Shown: piece after piece, positions 33,544 to 39,107 of the stretch | How positions within the stretch are numbered: position 1 is the first letter of the stretch | Layout of the letters: every line of letters starts with the position of its first letter | Source: a virus | Virus record (IMG/VR): IMGVR_UViG_3300045988_011822 | Length of the DNA stretch: 39,107 bases | Strand: one strand, 5' to 3' | Made by a program: the position numbers and the translations under genes | Notes under the pieces: generated by a model | Seen by the model: only the letters and a program-made list of their open reading frames with translations | Database searches by the model: none | What the model was told of the DNA's origin: nothing

Positions 33544-33574
33544 AAACCCCGAAAATACTGGATTTTCGGGGTTT
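33544..33574. terminator. Bidirectional stem-loop between convergent operons
   Basis: Perfect 13-bp stem AAACCCCGAAAAT-actgg-ATTTTCGGGGTTT with T-rich flanks on both strands. Confidence 0.55.
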
Positions 33575-33623
33575 GTTGCTCTTTTTCGATATTCGGTTGA
33601 ATTATCTCTTGCATAATTCCGAC

Positions 33624-33648
33624 CCTTGAAAAATAAGGCTTTTCAAGG
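33624..33648. terminator. Second stem-loop in the int/lysis intergenic region
   Basis: 9-bp stem CCTTGAAAA-ataaggc-TTTTCAAGG. Confidence 0.4.
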
Positions 33649-33649
33649 A

Positions 33650-33673
33650 TTTTGTCAGTTACCCGTGTGTTAC
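33650..33673 (+). promoter_or_regulatory. GTTACC/GTTAC pair phased at 11 bp. It contains a 14-mer that is also present at 30358-30371.
   Basis: ttttgtcaGTTACCcgtgtGTTAC. The string ttttgtcagttacc is identical at 30358-30371. Confidence 0.45.
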
Positions 33674-33728
33674 TCAAACCACTCGGAGAGTTCTCCCGTT
33701 GTTTTATTATAACACACCCGTCCGGAAC

Positions 33729-34454
33729 TTACACCTCAATGATGCGAACATGCTCCGGCTGACCGGACAGGAAAATTCCGTCGATAGTCTCAAGCATTTT
33801 CTTTCCCTCTACTGTGTGAATTGCCTTGATATAATACGACTGTCCTCTCACTGCACGTCCGCAGATACTTTCATTGCCCCATGATGCAGAACGACGGAGA
33901 TTCAGAGCACCATCACAATCAACGATCGCTCTTGTGGTCTTTTCCGGATAGATTGTGTCAGAATCGGACACCTGTTCCTCTGTTTTTCTTGCATCGTCTC
34001 CGGATGTCTCCTGCCCTGTTGCATCGTCTCCATCGCCGGAGGTCTGCTGTCCGTTCTCCTGCTCGCTATTTGCCCCATTCTGCCCGTTTTCCGGTTCTAC
34101 TGGTGTATTTCCTCCAGTGCCTCCGTTTTCGTCGTCTGTGGACGCTCCTGCGTTGCCCTGCTGCCCCTCTGCATCCTTTTCATCGGTGAGTGTTGTTGCT
34201 GCTTTGAGTTCCTCTGCGGTCATCGTGCCGACCTTGTTCCCGTCTGCATTGTAGGTGTTCACGCTACCGTCGGGATTTGTCTCCAGTGCTCCCTCCGGAA
34301 CATTGTCCGTGAGTGAGCCGATGACGTTTCCGTTTTCATCCCACACAACCAGTTCCTCGTTTTTTGCTGCTGCTTTCAACGCTCCCTCGATTGTCTTGTA
34401 TTCCTTGCAGTCCTCTTTTTTGAACTCCGTTCCTTTGCCTAAATAGTATAACAT
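33729..34454 (-). CDS. Hypothetical protein with an acidic G/N/Q-rich linker and a C-terminal SH3-like domain
   Basis: 241-aa ORF. The C-terminus AIVDCDGALNLRRSASWGNESICGRAVRGQSYYIKA is SH3b-like. It is the last gene of the minus-strand late operon. Confidence 0.5.
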   Translation of the reverse strand: MLYYLGKGTEFKKEDCKEYKTIEGALKAAAKNEELVVWDENGNVIGSLTDNVPEGALETNPDGSVNTYNADGNKVGTMTAEELKAATTLTDEKDAEGQQGNAGASTDDENGGTGGNTPVEPENGQNGANSEQENGQQTSGDGDDATGQETSGDDARKTEEQVSDSDTIYPEKTTRAIVDCDGALNLRRSASWGNESICGRAVRGQSYYIKAIHTVEGKKMLETIDGIFLSGQPEHVRIIEV

Positions 34455-34471
34455 GTTTTCGCCCTCCTCTG

Positions 34472-35287
34472 CTACTTTTTGAGATATTTGCTCGACGCAA
34501 ATCCCACCACGTTTTTATATGCTACATACAACCACTTCACTCCGGACACATCCGTGTAATATCCATAACACTGACACGTCTCTCCGCTCTGCATTGTCGT
34601 CAAGACTTTCTTGTCTTTTCCTGTTCCTGCTCCCGACCGTAGATTCAACGCTCCTGCTCCCGTTACCTTGTACGTTCCTGCAAGGCTCTTGTTGAACCCT
34701 TTTGCGGTCTCCAGTTTCACGTTGCTATTGATTGGAACTGTCTGCGATACACCTCCTCCGGATGCCTTTGCTCCATTGGTGAGGTTCGTCGCCACATGAG
34801 CACCATCGTTCAACAGAATGTCGCCCTCAAGCAAATACGCATCTGATGTCAGATATTTTTTATCTGTCAGCACCTCGAATCCTGCTGCCTTGAGTGCTGC
34901 CCGCAGGTTTCCGGTATAACATGCAGTGCTCACATTTTTCAGTTTCTCATTTTTCAGTCTATATCCTGCACCTTTTACGATTGCAGCAACACCGGACGAA
35001 CAGTCAGCCTCGCACGGAACTGTGATTTGAGCAGGGTCGAAATTTGAATCCGCAAGGTTCGTCCAAAATGTTCCCCTGTGCGACTGACAATATCCGACCA
35101 TATTGTTGACTGCTGCTGCCTTTGCCATCTGTGCAATGAGTTTTCTCGTTGCTGCATCCGGATGACGGAGAACGCATTTCCACGGTCTGTTATACCAGTT
35201 TATAACCTGCCACTCTGTTCCCGTCTGATCTCCGGCTTTTCCTCCGGAATATTTTCCTCTCTCGTCGTGTCCGCAATTTGAAATCAT
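34472..35287 (-). CDS. Endolysin: N-terminal cysteine peptidoglycan hydrolase-like domain plus C-terminal SH3b cell-wall-binding domain
   Basis: The N-terminus MISNCGHDERGKYSGGKAGDQTGTEW resembles peptidoglycan amidohydrolase-type phage lysins. The C-terminus TYKVTGAGALNLRSGAGTGKDKKVLTTMQSGE...VKWLYVAY is SH3_3-like. Confidence 0.75.
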   Translation of the reverse strand: MISNCGHDERGKYSGGKAGDQTGTEWQVINWYNRPWKCVLRHPDAATRKLIAQMAKAAAVNNMVGYCQSHRGTFWTNLADSNFDPAQITVPCEADCSSGVAAIVKGAGYRLKNEKLKNVSTACYTGNLRAALKAAGFEVLTDKKYLTSDAYLLEGDILLNDGAHVATNLTNGAKASGGGVSQTVPINSNVKLETAKGFNKSLAGTYKVTGAGALNLRSGAGTGKDKKVLTTMQSGETCQCYGYYTDVSGVKWLYVAYKNVVGFASSKYLKK

Positions 35288-35598
35288 TTCTTTTCCTCCT
35301 TTTGTTTCTTATCTCCGGAATCATCTATCACTGACATAATGAATATAAAAGCCAGTATGAACGGAACTCCTATCCATATCACCGCCACCAATACCGACAA
35401 AATGAAAAATGTCAGTTTGACCATGATTCTGTCCTGTTTCGTTTCCTGTTCCTCGTAGTATTCCGGAAACAACTCTTTTTCCCGCTCCTCTTTTTCGGAC
35501 TGCCTTTCAAGCATCCAAAAAATAACAAACGTCAAAACGAATGTAACTGCTGCCCCGATGATGTACACCGTCACCATCGTGCTCCAGTGCTGTGACAT
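35284..35598 (-). CDS. Small membrane protein with two or three TM segments (holin or antiholin candidate)
   Basis: Start placed at MSQHWSTMVTVYIIGAAVTFVLTFVIFWML. The upstream part of the 129-aa track ORF overlaps the previous gene. The stop overlaps the endolysin start. Confidence 0.5.
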   Translation of the reverse strand: MSQHWSTMVTVYIIGAAVTFVLTFVIFWMLERQSEKEEREKELFPEYYEEQETKQDRIMVKLTFFILSVLVAVIWIGVPFILAFIFIMSVIDDSGDKKQKEEKK

Positions 35599-35611
35599 GA
35601 AAATCTCAATT

Positions 35612-35977
35612 TCACTCACTGCCCTCACCTGCCTCGTTCGCAATGAGTTTCTGCACCGCCTCATTGCTGTCAAGCATCGTTCTCATTTGCTCAAGAGCCT
35701 CGTCCACCATCATGCTGAACATGTCGAATGTGATGACCTTTGCAAGCCACTCAAACCTTGCCACAAACATGTCGTACACATACCGGAGTTTGAGTTTTCC
35801 TGTTCCTGCTCCCAGTTCCTTTTCTGCTTTTGTCACCGCATACAAGAGCCACTCTCTGACCTTGTTCAACTGCTTATCAGATGGCATTTTCACAAAAGAA
35901 TAAATTGCGTACCCGATAGAGCCTCCCACTGCTGCTATTGCCACGATAACAAACCAATTTTCAACGATGAATTTCAT
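35612..35977 (-). CDS. Holin, LL-H-like family (tentative)
   Basis: N-terminal TM segment (WFVIVAIAAVGGSIGYAIY) followed by a soluble helical domain (...AVTKAEKELGAGTGKLKLRYV...). The architecture is as remembered for Holin_LLH. Confidence 0.5.
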   Translation of the reverse strand: MKFIVENWFVIVAIAAVGGSIGYAIYSFVKMPSDKQLNKVREWLLYAVTKAEKELGAGTGKLKLRYVYDMFVARFEWLAKVITFDMFSMMVDEALEQMRTMLDSNEAVQKLIANEAGEGSE

Positions 35978-36342
35978 CCCTGCACCTCCTCATTATTGTC
36001 TGCATTGATGTCATCCGGTTCGTTCTCGTGCTGTTTTCCTGTATCTTTCTTTGTAACCGTCTTTACTGACTTAATGAGTGCCATCGCACCGCCCTCCACT
36101 GACAGGAATCGAAATACATTCTCTGTCAATGTTGATGGTTCAGCACCCACTCTCACAAACACTATAATCGCCACAACTGTGTAGATAAATGCTGCAAGAA
36201 TCATACAGATAACAACACGATTCATGAACTGACCGGAGACTTTGTTTTTCCGCTTTGCTGCCCGCTGTTCTATCCGGTACAATTTTCTTTTATGCCGGAA
36301 ATACATGCGACGCTCTGCGTTCGTCATCCTGCTTTTGTTCAC
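35974..36342 (-). CDS. Membrane protein, possible holin component
   Basis: Basic N-terminus, one strong TM segment (VVICMILAAFIYTVVAIIVFV) and an acidic C-terminus. Located in the lysis cassette. Confidence 0.45.
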   Translation of the reverse strand: MNKSRMTNAERRMYFRHKRKLYRIEQRAAKRKNKVSGQFMNRVVICMILAAFIYTVVAIIVFVRVGAEPSTLTENVFRFLSVEGGAMALIKSVKTVTKKDTGKQHENEPDDINADNNEEVQG

Positions 36343-36390
36343 TTGTTGCCTCCTTTATGTGGTTGATTCTTGCCTGTTCCCGCCCTCCTG

Positions 36391-36705
36391 TTATTGGTCG
36401 GTCTTAATATTCAAATTCATCCCGTCCAGTCTCTTGTGATACGATTTCAATGACTGCTCAACTATGAGAACCCTGTCGTGTAAATCCTGCACCTCTGCCC
36501 GTGTCTCTTTGTAGTCACGTTTGATGTCTTTGACATCGTTGGCAATGTTCTCCAGTTTTGTCATCATGAGTGTGTTCGCTGTCGCACGTTCCTCCGTCTC
36601 CTGCTCTGCATCCTTTTTGTCATTCCGCTTTTTATTGGAAATCCCGAAAAAGATTGCAAATGCGACGGAAATCCCGCTCAACAACAATGAGAGTTCAATC
36701 ATCAC
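36391..36705 (-). CDS. Membrane-anchored coiled-coil protein (XhlA-like or lysis-associated, tentative)
   Basis: N-terminal TM segment (IELSLLLSGISVAFAIFFGI) followed by a coiled coil. It sits at the head of the lysis cassette. Confidence 0.45.
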   Translation of the reverse strand: MMIELSLLLSGISVAFAIFFGISNKKRNDKKDAEQETEERATANTLMMTKLENIANDVKDIKRDYKETRAEVQDLHDRVLIVEQSLKSYHKRLDGMNLNIKTDQ

Positions 36706-36934
36706 TCGGCTGCTCCTTTCCGAACGCTCCCACGTCGTCGGTGTCGCAGTATCGTCTCATGTGGTACTCAAGGACATCCAGTTTCCCGTCTGCCTCATTG
36801 ACCATGTTCCGGAGTTCCTCTTTGACCCCCTCCTCCACTTTTGAGCGTTCAATCATTTCTTGCTGCTTTTTCACGATTCCGGACAACTCCTCCGTTATCT
36901 CGCACAACCGTGATATTATTTCAAGCGGTGTCAT
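36695..36934 (-). CDS. Hypothetical helical protein
   Basis: 79-aa ORF, translationally coupled on both sides, between xkdX-like and the lysis genes. Confidence 0.5.
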   Translation of the reverse strand: MTPLEIISRLCEITEELSGIVKKQQEMIERSKVEEGVKEELRNMVNEADGKLDVLEYHMRRYCDTDDVGAFGKEQPSDD

Positions 36935-37083
36935 TTTGCCTCACCACCGGAATATTTTTCTCCCGTGATGTATTCATATTCCTCCGCTGAAATACTTCCT
37001 TTTGTGACACGCTCTGCGATCTGTTCCTCGGTGAGAGTGCCTTTCTTGTACATTCTTTTCAGACTTTCGACAAGCATTTTCAT
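36931..37083 (-). CDS. xkdX: XkdX-family small phage protein (50 aa, below the ORF-track cutoff)
   Basis: My translation is MKMLVESLKRMYKKGTLTEEQIAERVTKGSISAEEYEYITGEKYSGGEAK. The ...t.EeY..ITGe.Y signature is remembered from the XkdX family. The stop overlaps the next start (ATGA). Confidence 0.65.
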   Translation of the reverse strand: MKMLVESLKRMYKKGTLTEEQIAERVTKGSISAEEYEYITGEKYSGGEAK

Positions 37084-37084
37084 A

Positions 37085-37399
37085 TTAAATCAACCCCTCC
37101 TCAATCAACTGTTGTGTGTATTCGTCGATGACTGCATCTTTCTGAAACTGTGTCACGGATTCAACGATTCCTGTTGTGTTGGATGCAACAACCTCCTGCA
37201 TGAGCGTCAATCTGTCATATTCCTCCCGTGACATTTCACGCTCCTCTCGCTGCCATCCGGTGATTTTCTTTCCGTCTGCATCCTCTTTCGTTGCTTTCTT
37301 GATATTGCGTCTCTGATATACCGTTGTCGGTGACGCTGTTGTGTCGAACTCCTCCGGCTGTTCTGCCTCCGTTCCGAACACTTCTCTCCATTCTTTCAT
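37085..37399 (-). CDS. Hypothetical protein, possibly XkdW-like by position. Its 5' 164 nt overlap the RT 3' end out of frame.
   Basis: 104-aa ORF MKEWREVFGTEAEQ...QQLIEEGLI sits directly upstream of an XkdX-like gene. An alternative start, ATG 37234, lies just after the RT stop. Confidence 0.5.
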   Translation of the reverse strand: MKEWREVFGTEAEQPEEFDTTASPTTVYQRRNIKKATKEDADGKKITGWQREEREMSREEYDRLTLMQEVVASNTTGIVESVTQFQKDAVIDEYTQQLIEEGLI

Positions 37400-38534
37400 G
37401 TTTTTCTCGCTCCTTTCGCTTTGAATGTTTGCTAACTATTTTCTTTAATTTCTTAACATTCACATAAGGCTTGACCCTTTGCAGGTACATGTCGTATGTG
37501 TCTGTATTGCTCAAGTAACCCATGTATGACAGAATTGCGGTTGCATCGTACCATGTGATTTTCTCTTTCTTTGCGACACGGTTGACTTTCCGTGTGCAAC
37601 TCAACATGATGCTTTCCCGCAGAATCGTCTTGTCGTGATAGAACTGGAATCCCATGAAATCGAGTGGTCTCCCTTTTCTCTTTCCGGTCTTTTTCTCTGT
37701 GTAATCGAACCGGAACACCTGCCAGTTTCCTTTCATCTGCAAGTTGAACTTTTCTCTCAAGAATCTCTCAATCTCCTGCTGCATCCTGTGGAGTTCCTTT
37801 TTGTTCTTTCCGAACACCACCATATCATCCATATACCGGATATAATGCACCGCTTTCAACTGTTCTTTGATGAAATGGTCGAGAGGCTGCAACATGAAAT
37901 TTGACAACCACTGCGATGTGTAAAACCCTAAAGGCAACCCGACCTCGCTCCCGTCAATTATCAGTGCGAGGATGTACAACATTCTCTCGTCTCTGATTTT
38001 CTTCTTGAGCCACACTTTCAAGACATCATGGTCAACACTCTCGAAAAAGTGTCGAATATCCATCTTGAGAACATATTTGCAGTTCTTTTTGTCTCGCTGA
38101 ATCCACCTCTCGATGTACTTTTTCCCATAATGAGCACCCCTGTTCGGTACGCTCCCACACGAGAACTCATACATCCCTTTCATGAAAATGTCATAACACG
38201 CAGAGACGACAATGTGGTGAATCACCTGCTCATAATTGTATCGAGGTTTCTCAATCATTCTCACTTTTCTGCTCGTTCCCTCGTTGATGCAGACTTTCCC
38301 GTGTCTTGATGGTTTCCATGCCTTTTCCGGATGCGGTACGTCGTACCCCTCCGGTGCAGTGTTCTCAAGTTGCTCGACGACGTTCTTGACATGTCTCTGA
38401 ATGTTGGTCGGCTCTAATATCACCGCAACGTCCGGACGCTCTGTCTTGCCCTTTGCTGCTTTATGAAATTTTTGCTCAACATTGCTATGTTCTAACATAG
38501 GCTTGTACAGGTTATTGACGGATTTATTTCCCAT
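37236..38534 (-). CDS. DGR reverse transcriptase
   Basis: Motifs seen: VLKMDIRHFFESVDH, GLPLGFYTSQWLSNF (the [ILV]GxxxSQ motif typical of DGR RTs), IRYMDDMVVFG (YxDD) and LDFMGFQF. It lies about 135 nt downstream of the TR. I prefer the ATG at 38534, which is preceded by GAGGTGA; the track's GTG at 38546 sits inside that RBS. Confidence 0.9.
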   Translation of the reverse strand: MGNKSVNNLYKPMLEHSNVEQKFHKAAKGKTERPDVAVILEPTNIQRHVKNVVEQLENTAPEGYDVPHPEKAWKPSRHGKVCINEGTSRKVRMIEKPRYNYEQVIHHIVVSACYDIFMKGMYEFSCGSVPNRGAHYGKKYIERWIQRDKKNCKYVLKMDIRHFFESVDHDVLKVWLKKKIRDERMLYILALIIDGSEVGLPLGFYTSQWLSNFMLQPLDHFIKEQLKAVHYIRYMDDMVVFGKNKKELHRMQQEIERFLREKFNLQMKGNWQVFRFDYTEKKTGKRKGRPLDFMGFQFYHDKTILRESIMLSCTRKVNRVAKKEKITWYDATAILSYMGYLSNTDTYDMYLQRVKPYVNVKKLKKIVSKHSKRKEREKHERMERSVRNGGRTAGGVRHNSVTDNGISETQYQESNERGCRRKENHRMAARGA

Positions 38535-38681
38535 CTTTCTTATCACCTCAAGGTCTTTCTGATATTCTTACTCGACCCTGCCTGCATCGGTATTATTTCC
38601 ACTGGTTAGGTGTATTTCAACACCCTGCGGTGTAGGAAAAAGGTGTGCTTTTGGTTAAATGCTCCATAATTTGATAAGATT

Positions 38682-38786
38682 GGCTCGCCACGATGTTCGT
38701 GTTCACGTTCGTCGCAGGGTTGTTCACATTCCAGTACGACAAACCGCACTTCGACCCGTTGCCACGGTTGCCACCGAACAGGGCAA
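38682..38786 (-). repeat. DGR template repeat (TR)
   Basis: A 105-bp non-coding copy of the VR with 23 adenines on the coding strand, 10 of them substituted in the VR (6 A->G, 3 A->T, 1 A->C). The notional translation is Asn(AAC)-rich: ALFGGNRGNGSKCGLSYWNVNNPATNVNTNIVAS. Confidence 0.9.
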
Positions 38787-38841
38787 GGACGCACACCGAT
38801 TCCCCTGTCATGTCAAGGTCATCTTTTTTGTCATGTCGGAG

Positions 38842-38871
38842 ATTCTATCACAATTTTTTCTGTTTGTGTCG
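38842..38871 (-). promoter_or_regulatory. Candidate promoter for the TR-RT transcript
   Basis: Minus strand reads cgacac-18 nt-TGaTAGAAT (extended -10), about 55 nt upstream of the TR. The -35 is weak. Confidence 0.25.
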
Positions 38872-38923
38872 GATGTGCCTCCCGTTTCCATCATCGTGGA
38901 AAATCCTTGTCATACCGGACACC

Positions 38924-38977
38924 TCGGAGGGTAAACCCTCCGAACCTCCCTTTTTATTGCGGGGGAGTATCTCCCCC
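38924..38977 (-). other. Two GC-rich stem-loops just downstream of the target stop and VR
   Basis: 38961-38977 is GGGGGAG-tat-CTCCCCC. 38924-38943 is tCGGAGGG-taaa-CCCTCCGa. Neither is followed by a U-tract on the minus strand. Confidence 0.6.
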
Positions 38978-38992
38978 GTTCCCCCTCGCTGC

Positions 38993-39107
38993 TTACGCAG
39001 CAGCAACAGGCGGTTTACAAGAAAGGCTCGCCACGATGCTCGTGTACACGCCCGTCGCAGGGTTGTACACAGACCAGCACGACAAACCGCACTTCGACCC
39101 GTCGCCA
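38993..39107 (-). CDS. C-terminal end of the same DGR target ORF (39053..39107 duplicates 1..55; stop TAA at 38993-38995)
   Basis: The frame continues from nt 1 into 39052 as ...GVYTSIVASLSCKPPVAAA then TAA. This segment contains the 3' part of the VR. Confidence 0.85.
   Translation of the reverse strand, partial: GDGSKCGLSCWSVYNPATGVYTSIVASLSCKPPVAAA
39025..39107 (-). repeat. DGR variable repeat (VR), 3' portion plus the duplicated overlap
   Basis: Same alignment as above. The GC-rich 3' end CATCGTGGCGAGCC (coding strand) is shared with the TR and is IMH-like. Confidence 0.9.
39053..39107. repeat. Second copy of the 55-nt terminal overlap (duplicate of 1..55)
   Basis: Exact identity to nt 1-55. 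Confidence 0.95.

Larger units (their letters stand above)
1..39052. mobile_element. Complete circular genome of a temperate siphovirus-like phage (HK97-type head, long tail with tape measure, lysis, lysogeny and replication/partition modules)
   Basis: Full complement of terminase, portal, protease, capsid, tail, TMP, lysis, integrase and repressor genes. The window ends are identical over 55 nt, so the contig closes on itself. Confidence 0.85.

Noticed and set aside
33486-33677. 63-aa minus-strand ORF in the int/lysis intergenic region
   Set aside because: It spans both hairpins and the GTTACC repeats, has no RBS, and lies in a region better explained as terminators plus attP.
37236-38546. 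The reverse transcriptase as a group II intron maturase, retron RT or Abi-type RT
   Set aside because: An adjacent TR/VR pair with adenine-only differences and the GxxxSQ motif point to a DGR. I saw no intron-like RNA domains, no maturase X/En region and no msr/msd-type inverted repeats.
38617-38811. 64-aa and 62-aa minus-strand ORFs covering the template repeat (MTGESVCVLALFGGNRGNGSKCGLSYWNVNN...)
   Set aside because: The ORF exists only because the TR is a near-copy of the in-frame VR coding sequence. There is no convincing RBS. TRs are templates for RNA and cDNA, not genes.

Overview
The window is a complete, circularly closed temperate tailed-phage genome. Nt 1-55 are identical to nt 39053-39107, so the unique circle is 39,052 bp. 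Almost all genes are on the minus strand. Reading down the minus strand the modules are: early/replication/partition (about 29.4-17.4 kb), packaging and HK97-type head (17.3-9.9 kb), siphovirus-type tail (9.9-1.2 kb), then a receptor-binding gene that crosses the circular junction. After these come a diversity-generating retroelement (DGR), an XkdW/XkdX-like pair, a lysis cassette (36.7-33.7 kb) and a mixed-strand lysogeny module (33.4-29.7 kb) with a tyrosine integrase and XRE-type regulators. The main finding is the DGR. A 105-bp template repeat (38682-38786) and a 105-bp variable repeat (39025-39052 plus 1-77) differ at 10 positions, and every one is an adenine of the TR coding strand. A reverse transcriptase with YMDD and the DGR-type LGxxxSQ motif lies next to the TR. 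The target is a 412-aa tail-fibre-like ORF that is missing from the ORF track because it spans the window ends. No Avd-like accessory gene is visible. Other items worth a second look: a MazF/EndoA-like toxin domain fused to a coiled coil with no visible antitoxin; a near-consensus promoter plus terminator that looks like a ~65-nt sRNA next to an HUH rolling-circle Rep gene; a repeated hairpin with a compensatory indel in the early region; operator-like repeats around a perfect consensus promoter; twin 20-bp palindromes; phased GTTACC repeats in the probable attP region; and an identical 18-30-nt string inside three replication/partition genes. No tRNA, rRNA or CRISPR array was seen. All family assignments rest on motif recognition by eye, not on searches.
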